A DNA stretch of 64,000 bases from an uncultured Bacilli bacterium (GCA_944332265.1 CALVJQ010000002.1:652-64651), one strand, 5' to 3'; positions 18,088 to 29,009 are shown, counted from the first letter of the stretch. The notes: generated by a model from the sequence alone, not told the origin. Program-made: numbers and translations.

Positions 18088-19133
18088 TATTCGGCCTCCT
18101 TTCGATCGAATGTTTCTAATTCTCTTAGATCTGTTTGATAGAATGTTCTTATATCATTAATACCATATTTTAACATGGCTAATCTTTCAGCTCCAAAACC
18201 AAAAGCAAAACCTGACCAGATGGCTGGATCATAGCCACAATTTCTTAATACATTAGGGTGAACCATACCTGCTCCACTAACTGTAATCCAACCTGTATTC
18301 TTACATAGTGGACATCCTTTTCCTTTACAAACAAAGCAAGAGATATCTGTTTCTACTGATGGTTCAGTAAATTGATAATAACTAGGTCTAAATCTAGTTT
18401 CACAATCTTCCCCAAATAATTTTTTAGCTATTACATCGAATGTTCCTTTTAGATCAGATAAACGAATATTTTTGTCAACTAATAAACCTTCAATTTGCAT
18501 AAATTGATGAGAATGAGTTGCGTCATCAGCATCACGACGATATGTTTTTCCTGGACAGATCATACGAACTGGTTCTTTACCTCCTGCTTTTAGCATTGTT
18601 CTTATTTGGACAGGAGATGTTTGACTACGAAGAAGAATTTTCTCATCTTCAATATAAAATGTATCTTGTGCATCTCTTGCTGGATGACCCTTAGGAATAT
18701 TTAACATTTCAAAATTATATTTATCTTCTTCTACTTCTGGGCCATCTACAACATCATAGCCCATTGACATAAAAACTTCTTCAATTTCTTCAATTATTTT
18801 TTCAAGAATATTTGGTGCTCCAACAGGAATCTTAGTAGCAGGTAATGTTACATCAATTTTTTCACTAGCTAGTTTTTTATTTAGTTCTTCTTCTTCATAA
18901 AATTTAATTTTATTTTCAATATTAGATGCTAGTTCTTGTTTTAAATCATTTAGTAATTTACCAAATTCTTTTTTCTCTTCTTGGTTTAATTCTTTAATAT
19001 GAGAAGACAGTTCATTTACTGGACCTTTTTTCCCTAAATATTCAACTTTTATTTCGTTGATTTCTTTTAAATTATTAGTCTCTTCTATTTTTTTTAGGAC
19101 TTCTTTTTTTAATTGTTCAACTTTTTCTTTCAT
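18087..19133 (-). CDS. pheS: phenylalanine--tRNA ligase alpha subunit
   Basis: 348 aa; class II aaRS motifs (FRPSYYQFTEPS, GFAFGFGAERLAML); SD GGAGG. Confidence 0.95.
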   Translation of the reverse strand: MKEKVEQLKKEVLKKIEETNNLKEINEIKVEYLGKKGPVNELSSHIKELNQEEKKEFGKLLNDLKQELASNIENKIKFYEEEELNKKLASEKIDVTLPATKIPVGAPNILEKIIEEIEEVFMSMGYDVVDGPEVEEDKYNFEMLNIPKGHPARDAQDTFYIEDEKILLRSQTSPVQIRTMLKAGGKEPVRMICPGKTYRRDADDATHSHQFMQIEGLLVDKNIRLSDLKGTFDVIAKKLFGEDCETRFRPSYYQFTEPSVETDISCFVCKGKGCPLCKNTGWITVSGAGMVHPNVLRNCGYDPAIWSGFAFGFGAERLAMLKYGINDIRTFYQTDLRELETFDRKEAE

Positions 19134-19149
19134 ATATTTACCTCCAATA

Positions 19150-19395
19150 AAAAAAATCTAAAACTAAGGGACGAGAAAACCCGCGGTACCACCCTAATTC
19201 TAGATATCTAGCACTTTTATAGATTTAACGCATCTATTTACGATACAACTCCAACAGTGAATTTCATTATATTATTTATCTATAAATGCTTCCAGCTTTT
19301 AACATTTAATCTCTATTTAAGAACTTAATATAATTACTTAATCCGTCTTCAACGTTTTTCTAAAAAGTATTTTAGCATACTTATAAATAATATGC
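19150..19395 (-). promoter_or_regulatory. T-box riboswitch leader (Phe specifier UUC) with promoter TTGCAT-17-TAAAAT
   Basis: Conserved T-box sequence AATTAGGGTGGTACCGCGGG (reverse complement of 19180..19199), a stem I AGAGA motif, a 'GAAAUUCAC' specifier region, and a terminator hairpin plus U-run before the pheS SD. Confidence 0.8.
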
Positions 19396-19408
19396 AATTT
19401 TTTTGATT

Positions 19409-20254
19409 CTATATTTTATTAAATTCAATTATTTCTTTATAAATTTCTTTTATTTGGTCTTGTTCTTTAATATTATAGTTGTTTAGAATTTTATTTATTT
19501 GGTCTTGTTCCTTTAATTTAGTATTTTTTAAAATTTTTTCAAAGTTAGTAATAGTAAGTTTAATACTTTCTTCGTCAGTTAAATGGCTATATGATTTAAT
19601 ACGCATAATACCATATTCAGTTTCTCTTTTAGTTATTGCTCCAATATAACTTGTTATATTACGATATATTTTAGGTTTAGTATATTCATTATATATCATT
19701 ATAGAATAAATTAGATTGTTTATATTATTATTTTTACTTTTTATGAATTTAGCATATTGATTTTTGAATTTAGCATATTGAACAATAATTTGTTCTTTTT
19801 TTATTTTTAAATCTTTATTTTTTAATGATATTTTCTTTTCTTTAGTTAATTCATTATACAAATGTGATATGTATAATATTATTAAAAACCATAATAAAGG
19901 TTTAATATCTGAAGGATTAGGGATTACTGTATCTACTTGATTAATAAAGTAATTATATGTAAATAAACTAAGAGCTATACTAACAACGCTTTCAATAATA
20001 AACATTGTGTTGCTAATCTTATTTTCTTTGGATATTACAGATGTTATATAGAAGTTGCGAATAAAAATTTCGAATACAACAATTAGGAAGATATTATTTT
20101 TTATAGTTGGAAATAAAGCTGATAATATTATTATATAAATAGATGGAATAAGAATATAATTGATTGATCGATTTTCTTTATTTTCTAAAATATTTAGTAT
20201 TATAGTTAGGGGAATAGTTAAAATAATTTGTATTATCAAAGTTAGTAAATCCAT
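19409..20254 (-). CDS. polytopic membrane hypothetical protein with cytoplasmic C-terminal domain and internal duplications
   Basis: 281 aa with SD AGGAGG; 4-5 TM helices; direct DNA repeats TTTATTTGGTCTTGTTC(T/C)TTTAAT x2 and TGAATTTAGCATATTGA x2 inside the ORF (protein 'NNYNIKEQDQI' and 'QYAKF' duplications). Confidence 0.5.
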   Translation of the reverse strand: MDLLTLIIQIILTIPLTIILNILENKENRSINYILIPSIYIIILSALFPTIKNNIFLIVVFEIFIRNFYITSVISKENKISNTMFIIESVVSIALSLFTYNYFINQVDTVIPNPSDIKPLLWFLIILYISHLYNELTKEKKISLKNKDLKIKKEQIIVQYAKFKNQYAKFIKSKNNNINNLIYSIMIYNEYTKPKIYRNITSYIGAITKRETEYGIMRIKSYSHLTDEESIKLTITNFEKILKNTKLKEQDQINKILNNYNIKEQDQIKEIYKEIIEFNKI

Positions 20255-20341
20255 AGGTATCCTCCTTTTTGAATGTTATACTACTATAAAATCGTTTTAA
20301 AGTCAATGAAGATAAAAAAAGTAGATAAATTTCTTTATCTA

Positions 20342-20587
20342 CTATATTTGTGATTTTAAGATTCTAGTTAAAATTATTATTAGTTCTGGATCTTTAACAC
20401 GATCAACATAGGTATCTTGACCATCTATTATTTCTTCAACTATAGCAACGTTACTAGGTATGATATCTTTATTTTCGTCTACACCCATTACTAGAAAATA
20501 TTTTACACCACCATACATTGTTTCATTTAATACAACATATTTTTCATTATTTTCTAAACTTATAATAGTATTTGTTTTTAAACTCAT
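20342..20587 (-). CDS. small acidic conserved hypothetical protein (DUF1292-like, tentative)
   Basis: 81 aa with SD AGGAGA and a terminator hairpin (AGTAGATAAA/TTTATCTACT) at its 3' end. Family assignment is from memory only. Confidence 0.35.
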   Translation of the reverse strand: MSLKTNTIISLENNEKYVVLNETMYGGVKYFLVMGVDENKDIIPSNVAIVEEIIDGQDTYVDRVKDPELIIILTRILKSQI

Positions 20588-20602
20588 TGTATCTCTCCTA
20601 TC

Positions 20603-22717
20603 TTAGTTTTGATTATTATCCAGACTATTAATATATTGATCAAGTTCATGAGTTAAATCTTCAGTTGTTACTTGTTTATTATTATTTTGAAGCTCTTCAT
20701 ATTTTTTTTCAGGGTTGAAAATAGTATCTATTGATAATGGATTATTATCTTGAGGTTCATTATTTTCTTCTTTATTTGATTCTTGAGTTACTTCCTCTTC
20801 TTTTTCTTCTTCAGATGGAAGTTCTTCATTATTAGCTATTTCTGTTGGTAATGGATTTTCTACCGGTATTTGTTCTTCTTCAATTTTTTCTGGTTCTAAT
20901 ACTGATTCTTCATTTAGATTACTTTCATTGGAAGTATTTTCTTCAATATTTGAAGTTAATTGTTCATCTGGTTGAGATATTTCAGAATCTTCATTATCAA
21001 CATCATCTAATATATTAGAAGGAATAGTTATTTGAGCTTCATCTATTACTTTTATTCCTCTTTTAGGAGGTGCTGATATTTCGTCAATTGGTGTTTCATC
21101 TAGAGAATCTATTAATTGATAATCTTCTTTTATATATTGATCATAATCACGAGGAATAATTTTACTTGTATTATTTATTAATTCAATATCAATATCTTTT
21201 ATAAGGTCTAAACCTAAATATTCTTCAAGACGATTTATAATATCTATTGGAGCTTCAGGAAATTGACGGCGATGTTTAATATCAATTACTATTTGTGCTA
21301 GTTCTTTAAGAACATCTTTATCTTTGTTTTTAGAAGCGATATCAATTAAGCCAGATTTTTTAGAAGTCAAACGATTTTTTAAACGATTAATTTCTTCTTC
21401 TGCTTCTTTAATTTTGTCACGAAGATTTTCACATTCATATTTGATTATTCTTGTAGCATTTTCAATATCTTCAGCTTCATCATTTTTAAATGATGTAGCA
21501 ATTTTTTCTGCTTCTTTAATGTCTTCTTTCTTTTCATCTAGAGATGCTTTTAAACGAGCTTTTGCTCCAATGCTAGTATCTGGTGTTTCATCATATGCTC
21601 TTTGAAATTCACTATAATCTTTTTTCATTGTAGCAATCATTTCAGCTATTATTTTATCTTTAGCATTATAATTAAATTCACTATCTTTATCAACTAAAAG
21701 AATTTTATTATTTAGCTGATTTAAATCTTCTTGCCATTTTGTAATACGTTCATTTAGAAATTCAGTTCTAACTTTTTCTGGAGTATTTGCTTCAAGAATA
21801 TTATATGTTTTTTGGTCAATTTCATTGGCAAATGAATCACGAGCTTGAGTGGCTCTTAATAATTCCTCTTCTAAAGCATTATTTATAGGAACATTAATAT
21901 AAGGAATTCTAATTACTTGATTAAGAAGGTTTATTAAATATGGACGAGTTTTAGATAAATCTTCTTTATTATTAATAATTTCTTTTATTTTAGATTCTAA
22001 ATACTTAGGATCTTTTTTTATTTCTTCTAAACGTATATTTAGGGCTTTTTTCTTACTTTCTAATTCAGCGATTCTTTTGTTGTTTTTTTCTTTTTTTACT
22101 TTATCTATATAGTTATCGCGGTTTTCTAAGGATGCTTGAGTTTCTGCAAGTATTTTCTTTTTCTTATCTATTTTTTCTTCAAGGACTTTAATAGCTTCTG
22201 TATAATCAATTATTTGTTGTTGGATTTCATCATAGTTTCCACTTTGACTATTTAGTTCGTCATTTAGTTTATTTATGTTTTCTGTTGTTTCAGTAATTAA
22301 CATATTATAATGATTAACTATCTCAGTATCAGTTGTTGTACTTATACGTTCTTGCATGCTTAATAGATATTTTTCTTGACTATCTTTATTGTTTCTTAAT
22401 AAAGTTGTTTGATCATATAATAGTTTTTCTTCATCTTTTAGATTTGCTAATTCCTTGTTTTTTTCTTTTAATTCGTTTTTTAATGATTGAAGTTGTTTTT
22501 TAGTTATTATTTCAATGTTACGATCGGCCATTTCAGCGCTTGTATCATATATTTCTTCTTCAGAAATAGAATTTATATCATCTATTTCTTGGTTGTAACT
22601 TTTTAATTTTGTTTCGATTTCTTCTTCTTCGACACGTAAAGATGGACCATCACTTTTGGAGCGTGACATTTTTACTAATACATCCAAATTCCAAAATACT
22701 TTTAATTTATCGTCCAT
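20603..22717 (-). CDS. large acidic coiled-coil protein (704 aa), unknown function
   Basis: Heptad-rich K/E sequence through most of its length, a Glu/Asp/Asn-rich low-complexity C-terminus, and no TM or NTP-binding motif. Confidence 0.55.
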   Translation of the reverse strand: MDDKLKVFWNLDVLVKMSRSKSDGPSLRVEEEEIETKLKSYNQEIDDINSISEEEIYDTSAEMADRNIEIITKKQLQSLKNELKEKNKELANLKDEEKLLYDQTTLLRNNKDSQEKYLLSMQERISTTTDTEIVNHYNMLITETTENINKLNDELNSQSGNYDEIQQQIIDYTEAIKVLEEKIDKKKKILAETQASLENRDNYIDKVKKEKNNKRIAELESKKKALNIRLEEIKKDPKYLESKIKEIINNKEDLSKTRPYLINLLNQVIRIPYINVPINNALEEELLRATQARDSFANEIDQKTYNILEANTPEKVRTEFLNERITKWQEDLNQLNNKILLVDKDSEFNYNAKDKIIAEMIATMKKDYSEFQRAYDETPDTSIGAKARLKASLDEKKEDIKEAEKIATSFKNDEAEDIENATRIIKYECENLRDKIKEAEEEINRLKNRLTSKKSGLIDIASKNKDKDVLKELAQIVIDIKHRRQFPEAPIDIINRLEEYLGLDLIKDIDIELINNTSKIIPRDYDQYIKEDYQLIDSLDETPIDEISAPPKRGIKVIDEAQITIPSNILDDVDNEDSEISQPDEQLTSNIEENTSNESNLNEESVLEPEKIEEEQIPVENPLPTEIANNEELPSEEEKEEEVTQESNKEENNEPQDNNPLSIDTIFNPEKKYEELQNNNKQVTTEDLTHELDQYINSLDNNQN

Positions 22718-22843
22718 ATTTACACACCCTTTATTCTAGTCTAAATTAATCATATCATAAAGATTGTTTATTTTCAATAAAACTGTTTTTAGATATAAAA
22801 ATTTCTTATTTAAAATATAATTTTTTTAGAGGATGGAGAGTTT

Positions 22844-23212
22844 ATGAATAGATTTCCCCCAAGTTATGATCCAAAATTATATACAATTAGTGCTGTAATT
22901 ATTGGATTAGCATTAATTGATAATTTTACAGCTAATGAGCAGAATGCTATAGGTAATTGGTTTATGACGATTGGTCAAACCCTTGAAAATTCAGCAACCT
23001 GGCAACAAGTAATTGAAGAGAGAATTATTGGTAATACGATAAATATTAATAGTAAGGAAGCAAAGTGTGGAGGAAGTCCTTATATGAATAATAAACCATT
23101 GTATCCTAAAAATGAACAAGCTTATAAAGGTGAAAATGGTGATTTTTTTATGGATCTCGAAAAAACTATTAATATTATGAAAGAAGAAATTAGTAATTTA
23201 AAAAGCAAATAA
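22844..23212 (+). CDS. hypothetical protein (122 aa)
   Basis: ORF with SD GGATGGAGAG; central hydrophobic stretch; no recognisable motif. Confidence 0.4.
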   Translation: MNRFPPSYDPKLYTISAVIIGLALIDNFTANEQNAIGNWFMTIGQTLENSATWQQVIEERIIGNTININSKEAKCGGSPYMNNKPLYPKNEQAYKGENGDFFMDLEKTINIMKEEISNLKSK

Positions 23213-23240
23213 AAAAAAAGAACTATTAAACTAGTTCTAA
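23209..23240. terminator. bidirectional terminator AGAACTA-TTAAAC-TAGTTCT with A9/T runs (end of the alpha operon after rplQ)
   Basis: Read in the sequence. Confidence 0.5.
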
Positions 23241-23570
23241 TTTTACTGTTAGAGCGTCATCTCCAACTCTTTCTTTAAGTTTTATGATTCTAGTATATCC
23301 ACCATTTCTAGTTTCATAACGTTTAGCTAATTCACTAAATACTTTATCAACTACTTGAGTATCATTATTAACAAAAGCTAAAGCTTTTCTTCTAGAAACT
23401 AGAGTTCCTCTTTTACCATAAGTAATCATTTTATCAACGAATTTTCTTACTTCTTTTGCTCTTGCTTCTGTTGTTACTACAGATTCATTTAAAATAACAT
23501 CTTTAGTTAAACCAGCTAAAATACTTCTACGGATACTTTTTTCTCTATTTAATCTTCTATACTTTGCCAT
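23226..23570 (-). CDS. rplQ: 50S ribosomal protein L17
   Basis: Characteristic L17 sequence (MAKYRRLNR...). Confidence 0.93.
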   Translation of the reverse strand: MAKYRRLNREKSIRRSILAGLTKDVILNESVVTTEARAKEVRKFVDKMITYGKRGTLVSRRKALAFVNNDTQVVDKVFSELAKRYETRNGGYTRIIKLKERVGDDALTVKLELV

Positions 23571-23599
23571 AAGTATTTTACCTCCTTGTTTTTTATTTA

Positions 23600-24544
23600 T
23601 TAATCGCGGAACTTAAGTCCCATTTCTTTTACTTTGTCTATTACTTCTTTTAATGATTTTTTACCTAAATTACGAATCTTTGTAACTTCTATTTCTTTTT
23701 TAGAAATTAAGTCTTGAACAGTATTTATACCTGCTCTTTTTAGACAATTATAAGCACGTACTGAGAATTCAATTTCTTCGATAGGTGTTTCTAATGTTTT
23801 AGTAATAGTATCTACTTTCTTTTCAGCCATTAATCCTGATACATCACTAATAGCATTTAAATCTGTTACAATATTGAAATGTTCAATTAATATACGTGCA
23901 GATAAAGCCATTGCCTCTTCAGGAGTTATTGAACCATTAGTATATACATTGATAATTAATTTATCGAAGTTTTCATTTTGTCCTACACGAGCACTTTCAA
24001 CTTCATAACTTACTCTTTCAATTGGAGAGTATAATGAATCGATAGCTATAACACCAACTTTATTTTCACCTAATAATTTTTGGTTAGTTTTAGAATCAAC
24101 ATATCCACGGCCGTTACTTACTGTCATTTCCATATCTAGTTTGCCACCTTTAACTAGGTTAGCTATTACAAAATCTGGATTAACAATTTCGATATCAGCA
24201 TCTCTTTCAATGTCGCCAGCTGTTACAGCTCCTTCTTTATCAGCATATAATCTAATAACTTTATCTTCATCTGAATGATTTTTTATTACAACGCTTTTTA
24301 AAGCTAATACAATAGCAGTAACATCTTCTACTACACCATCTATTTTTTGGAATTCATGCATTACACCTTCAATTTTTACAGATGTAATAGCGCTTCCTGG
24401 TAGAGAAGATAACATAACTCTTCTTAAAGCGTTTCCAATTGTTGTACCAAAACCTCTTTCTAGTGGTTCTAGTTCAAATTTTCCATAGTGATTACTTTCA
24501 ATGTATTCTGTAATTTTGTATTCTGGTTTTTCAAATCTTAACAT
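23600..24544 (-). CDS. rpoA: DNA-directed RNA polymerase subunit alpha
   Basis: 314 aa with N-terminal dimerisation domain and C-terminal CTD. Confidence 0.95.
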   Translation of the reverse strand: MLRFEKPEYKITEYIESNHYGKFELEPLERGFGTTIGNALRRVMLSSLPGSAITSVKIEGVMHEFQKIDGVVEDVTAIVLALKSVVIKNHSDEDKVIRLYADKEGAVTAGDIERDADIEIVNPDFVIANLVKGGKLDMEMTVSNGRGYVDSKTNQKLLGENKVGVIAIDSLYSPIERVSYEVESARVGQNENFDKLIINVYTNGSITPEEAMALSARILIEHFNIVTDLNAISDVSGLMAEKKVDTITKTLETPIEEIEFSVRAYNCLKRAGINTVQDLISKKEIEVTKIRNLGKKSLKEVIDKVKEMGLKFRD

Positions 24545-24566
24545 ATCCTTAAGTCCCCTCTTTCAA

Positions 24567-24950
24567 TTAATTTCTTGGACGTTTTGGTGGACGACATCCG
24601 TTATGTGGAACTGGAGTAACGTCATTAATAGATGTAATTTCTAATCCTGCAGTTTGTAATGAACGAATTGCGTTTTCACGTCCTGCACCTAAACCCTTAA
24701 CAAATACTTCTACTTTTTTAACTCCATTATCCATTGCGGCTTTAGCAGCAGCTTCTGAACTCATACCAGCAGCAAATGGAGTTTTCTTTTTTGAACCCTT
24801 ATATCCAATAGTACCAGCAGAAGCCCAACTAATTACATTACCTTCTTTATCAGTAATTGTTACAACTGTATTGTTGTAAGTTGAATGAATATGAGCTTGT
24901 GCTTCTGGAATATTTTTCTTTACTTTTCTTTTTCTTCTATTATAAGCCAT
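24567..24950 (-). CDS. rpsK: 30S ribosomal protein S11
   Basis: S11 signature sequence. Confidence 0.93.
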   Translation of the reverse strand: MAYNRRKRKVKKNIPEAQAHIHSTYNNTVVTITDKEGNVISWASAGTIGYKGSKKKTPFAAGMSSEAAAKAAMDNGVKKVEVFVKGLGAGRENAIRSLQTAGLEITSINDVTPVPHNGCRPPKRPRN

Positions 24951-24971
24951 AATCTTTTAACCTCCTATTTA

Positions 24972-25346
24972 TTATTTAGTAGCTTTCTTCTTGTTAGCAA
25001 CTACTTTACCTTTACCTTTTCTTGTACGAGCGTTTCTTGAAGTTCTTTGACCATGTACTGGAAGACCTTTTTTATGTCTAGTTCCTTGATAACTATTAAT
25101 TTCCATTTTATTTTTAATGTTTAATTGAACTTCACGACGTAGGTCACCTTCAACCATGTGTTTATCTACTTCAGAACGTAATTTTGTAATTTCTTCGTCA
25201 GTTAAATCTTTAATCTTTTTTTCTCTATCTACTCCAGCATTATCGCAGATTGTATTTGCTAAACTTCTACCTATACCATAAATAGCAGTTAATCCTATAC
25301 AAGTATGTTTTTCACCTGGTAATTCAATATTTTTAATACGTGCCAT
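24972..25346 (-). CDS. rpsM: 30S ribosomal protein S13
   Basis: S13 signature ([10 protein letters not shown]...GIGRS). Confidence 0.93.
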   Translation of the reverse strand: MARIKNIELPGEKHTCIGLTAIYGIGRSLANTICDNAGVDREKKIKDLTDEEITKLRSEVDKHMVEGDLRREVQLNIKNKMEINSYQGTRHKKGLPVHGQRTSRNARTRKGKGKVVANKKKATK

Positions 25347-25360
25347 ATTTTACCTCCTAA

Positions 25361-25474
25361 TTAACCTTGTTTTTGTTTGTGTTTTGGATTTTCACAAATA
25401 ACCATGATTTTTCCTTTTCTTCTTATGATTTTGCATTTTGCACAAATTTTTTTAACTGATGGTCTAACTTTCAT
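25361..25474 (-). CDS. rpmJ: 50S ribosomal protein L36
   Basis: 37-aa [37 protein letters not shown]. It is absent from the ORF track but obvious on the minus strand between rpsM and infA. Confidence 0.85.
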   Translation of the reverse strand: MKVRPSVKKICAKCKIIRRKGKIMVICENPKHKQKQG

Positions 25475-25487
25475 AATTGTACCTCCA

Positions 25488-25706
25488 TTATTTTTTATTC
25501 CATATTATACGCCCACGTGTTAAATCATAAGGCGATAACTCAATTGTAACTGTATCACCTGGTAAGATACGAATCATATTAACTCGCATTTTACCAGAAA
25601 CGTAGGCTTCTACAGTATGTCCGTTAGGTAATTCAACGATTGGAGTTCCTCCTTTTAGGATCTCAACAACTTTACCTTCAACTTCAATTTTTTCTTCTTT
25701 AGCCAT
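25488..25706 (-). CDS. infA: translation initiation factor IF-1
   Basis: 72 aa, S1-like fold, typical IF-1 sequence. Confidence 0.93.
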   Translation of the reverse strand: MAKEEKIEVEGKVVEILKGGTPIVELPNGHTVEAYVSGKMRVNMIRILPGDTVTIELSPYDLTRGRIIWNKK

Positions 25707-25764
25707 ATTTCTCTCCTATATAATTTTTTTTGCCTTTATTGGTAAGGTGGATGTTGATAACTTA

Positions 25765-26427
25765 TTAGTTACCAACATTTCCACTTTGAAGAATTTGTTC
25801 AACTACTTTAAAAACTTCGTCTGATTCAACATTAGCATCGATTACATATAGCTTTTCTAATTTTTTATAATAATCAAGCACTGGTGAAGTCACATCTATA
25901 TAAGTTTGAAATCTTTTTTTAAATGTTTCTTCTGTATCATCAGCACGATGTTTTAGTTCGCTACCACATTTATCACAAATCCCTGTCTTTTTAGGCATAA
26001 AATTTTCAAAATATGTATTATAACTTGCTCCACATTTTGAACAAATTACTCTTCCAAGAGCTCTTTTCATTGCTAATTCTTCTTCTAAATCTAGATATAT
26101 TGTAACATAATTATCTATATTTAATTCATCAAAAATACTTTTTAATATTTCTGCTTGTGCAATGTTTCTTGGATAACCATCTAAAATGAATTTCTCACCT
26201 TTTAAATTTTGTAATTCATTTTTTAGAAGTTCAGTGATTATTTCATCACTTACCAATTCGCCTTTTGATATAATTTTATCGATTCTCTTCCCTAAAGCTG
26301 ATTGTTTTTTTATTTCTTCTCTTAATAAGTCTCCTGTAGAGATATGTTTATAATCATACTTAGTTACAAGTTTGTCACTAAGTGTTCCTTTACCAGCTGC
26401 AGGAGGCGCTATAAATATAATATTCAT
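25765..26427 (-). CDS. adk: adenylate kinase (Zn-lid type)
   Basis: P-loop GAPGAGKGT; lid CxxC...CxxC. Confidence 0.93.
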   Translation of the reverse strand: MNIIFIAPPAAGKGTLSDKLVTKYDYKHISTGDLLREEIKKQSALGKRIDKIISKGELVSDEIITELLKNELQNLKGEKFILDGYPRNIAQAEILKSIFDELNIDNYVTIYLDLEEELAMKRALGRVICSKCGASYNTYFENFMPKKTGICDKCGSELKHRADDTEETFKKRFQTYIDVTSPVLDYYKKLEKLYVIDANVESDEVFKVVEQILQSGNVGN

Positions 26428-27686
26428 TATCTTCTTATACCTGCCCTATGATTTCTACTAATTAGACTACTCTCTAATTGTTTATATGTTTCTATAGCTA
26501 CACCAACAACGATTAGTAATCCTGTTCCTCCAATTGTTACAGAACTTGATAGTCCTGAGAAGTTAGAAAATAGTATTGGTAATCCTGCAATAATAACTAG
26601 GAATAAAGAACCTACTATTGTTAGTTTACTTAATACATTACTTACGTATTCTATTGTATTATTTCCTGGTCTAACACCTGGAATGTATGCTCCACTCTTA
26701 CTTAGATTTTTAGCCATTTCTTCAGGATTCATTTGTAAGAAAGTATAAAAATATCCGAAGAAGAAGATTAAAAATACATAAATAGCAAATCCAGTTAATG
26801 AGGTGTTAACAATATATTTGTTAACAAAATCAATAGCTGTTTGATTGTCAATAAAATTAACAACAGTAGTTGGAATTGCCATCAAAGTTGAAGCAAATAT
26901 TACTGGAATAACTCCAGCAGAATTAATTTTGATTGGAAGGAAATTCTGATGTCCTCCATATGCACTATTTGTTCTATTAGCGTATTGTATTGGTATTCTT
27001 CTTTCAGCAAGTTGTACCCATACCATACCAATAATTATTAGTAGATATATTATTACAAATGAGCCGAATAACAATGAACCAATAACAGTATTAAAACTTT
27101 CAGCTAATACTAGTTCATTAAAGGCATTAACAAATACACTTGGCATAGATTGTAAAATACCAGCCATGATTAGTAATGATAAACCATTACCGATACCTCT
27201 TTTAGTTATTTGATCACCAATCCATAGTAATAAACATGTTCCAGCAGTTAAAACGACAGTTGTTTTTAAAATAGTTGACCAATCATTTGAATTGGAAAAA
27301 ACTATTGTAAATATATAACCTTGGATAAAAGCAAATGCTACTCCAAGATATCTTGTAATTTGATTTATTTTTTGTTTGCCTGTATAACCTTGCTCTTTTA
27401 ATTCTTTAAAATATGGAATGATGTCCATTTGTAATAATTGTGTAATAATTTGAGCTGTAATATATGGGGTTACACCTAATGCAAAGATGGAGAATGAAGA
27501 TAAACCTCCACCTGTCATTAAGTTGAAAATTTCTAAGAAACCTAATTCCTCATATACTGTATTAGCCCATGGTACAGTAATTGTACTTCCGAAACTAAAT
27601 ACTGCTAAACAAAATAGTGTAAAATATATTCTTTTTCTTAAATCTTTATTGTTACGGTTAAATAGCTGTTTTAGGTTAGAAAACAT
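26427..27686 (-). CDS. secY: preprotein translocase subunit SecY
   Basis: 419 aa, 10 TM helices, in conserved position. Confidence 0.95.
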   Translation of the reverse strand: MFSNLKQLFNRNNKDLRKRIYFTLFCLAVFSFGSTITVPWANTVYEELGFLEIFNLMTGGGLSSFSIFALGVTPYITAQIITQLLQMDIIPYFKELKEQGYTGKQKINQITRYLGVAFAFIQGYIFTIVFSNSNDWSTILKTTVVLTAGTCLLLWIGDQITKRGIGNGLSLLIMAGILQSMPSVFVNAFNELVLAESFNTVIGSLLFGSFVIIYLLIIIGMVWVQLAERRIPIQYANRTNSAYGGHQNFLPIKINSAGVIPVIFASTLMAIPTTVVNFIDNQTAIDFVNKYIVNTSLTGFAIYVFLIFFFGYFYTFLQMNPEEMAKNLSKSGAYIPGVRPGNNTIEYVSNVLSKLTIVGSLFLVIIAGLPILFSNFSGLSSSVTIGGTGLLIVVGVAIETYKQLESSLISRNHRAGIRR

Positions 27687-28130
27687 CTAGATCACCTCAG
27701 CTTTTCCGCCAGCACTTTCAATTTTTGTAACGGCTGAACTTGAGAATCTATTAGCTTTAATAGTTAATTTCTTTTCTAGTTCACCATTGCCTAAGACTTT
27801 TACGCCACAAAGTTGTTTTTTGATAATTCCCTTTTCTTTTAATAATTCTGGAGTTACAATGTCTCCATCTTCAAAAAATTTATTTAAATCACTTAAATTA
27901 ATTGTTGCATATTCTATTCTAAATTTAGTATTTTTAAATCCACGTTTTGGAACTCTTCTATAAAGAGGAGTTTGTCCACCTTGGAACCAAGCTGGAATAC
28001 TTGCTCCTGAACGTGATTTTTGACCTTTTTGACCTCTAGTAGAAGTTTTACCTCTTCCACTACCTGGGCCACGACCAACAATTTTCTTTCTCTTTGCTTC
28101 AGGAGATTGAGCTAATTCATTTAATTTCAT
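27687..28130 (-). CDS. rplO: 50S ribosomal protein L15
   Basis: L15 sequence. It directly abuts rpsE, leaving no room for rpmD. Confidence 0.93.
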   Translation of the reverse strand: MKLNELAQSPEAKRKKIVGRGPGSGRGKTSTRGQKGQKSRSGASIPAWFQGGQTPLYRRVPKRGFKNTKFRIEYATINLSDLNKFFEDGDIVTPELLKEKGIIKKQLCGVKVLGNGELEKKLTIKANRFSSSAVTKIESAGGKAEVI

Positions 28131-28132
28131 AA

Positions 28133-28636
28133 CTATAACTCCTCAACTTTCTTTCCTCTTAAAGCTGCAATATGTTCAGGTGTTTTTTGCATCTTAAGAG
28201 CTTCTAGAGTAGCTTTTGCAACATTAATTTTTGTATTTGATCCAAGTGATTTAGAAACTATATCACGTACTCCTGCTAATTCTAGAACATCTCTGGCAGA
28301 TCCACCAGCGATAACTCCAGTACCTTCTTTTGCAGGTTTAATTAATACTTGAGCACGTCCTATTTTTCCAATAGCTTCATGTGGGATTGTTCTGTTATCA
28401 ATTAAAGCAATCTTTGTTACGTTTTTATTAGCTGCTTGAATAGCTTTTTTAATAGCTTCTGGTACTTCGTTAGCTTTACCAGTTCCGATTCCAACTAATC
28501 CTTTTCTATTTCCAACAACAACTGTTGCAGAAAATCTAAAATGACGACCACCTTTTGTAACTTTTGTTACACGGCCAATTGAAACAACTTTTTCTTCAAG
28601 CAAGTTTTTCTTAGAGTCCATTTTTGTTTTTGGCAT
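28133..28636 (-). CDS. rpsE: 30S ribosomal protein S5
   Basis: S5 sequence (GGRHFRFSA...). Confidence 0.93.
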   Translation of the reverse strand: MPKTKMDSKKNLLEEKVVSIGRVTKVTKGGRHFRFSATVVVGNRKGLVGIGTGKANEVPEAIKKAIQAANKNVTKIALIDNRTIPHEAIGKIGRAQVLIKPAKEGTGVIAGGSARDVLELAGVRDIVSKSLGSNTKINVAKATLEALKMQKTPEHIAALRGKKVEEL

Positions 28637-28652
28637 AATTTGTACCTCCCTC

Positions 28653-29009
28653 TTAGAATTCTAGTCCATTTTCACGTGCTGCTTCAGCTAATGCTTGAAC
28701 ACGTCCGTGGTAAAGGTATCCACCTCTATCGAAAACTACTTTTGTAATATTAATTTTCTTAGCTTTTTCAGCAATGTCTTTACCAACTAATTTAGCACCT
28801 TCAACATTGCCACCATTTTTAATTTTTAATTCGACAGATGAAGAGCTAGCTAGAGTAACGCCCTTAACATCATCGATAATTTGCGCAAATATTTGTGTAT
28901 TTGATCTAAATACATTTAATCTTGGGCACTCAGCTGTACCGCTTATTTTATTACGAATACGAGAATGTCTTTTTTTACGCATTTCATTTCTTGATTCTTT
29001 AACTATCAT
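28653..29009 (-). CDS. rplR: 50S ribosomal protein L18
   Basis: L18 sequence (RLNVFRSN...). Confidence 0.92.
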   Translation of the reverse strand: MIVKESRNEMRKKRHSRIRNKISGTAECPRLNVFRSNTQIFAQIIDDVKGVTLASSSSVELKIKNGGNVEGAKLVGKDIAEKAKKINITKVVFDRGGYLYHGRVQALAEAARENGLEF

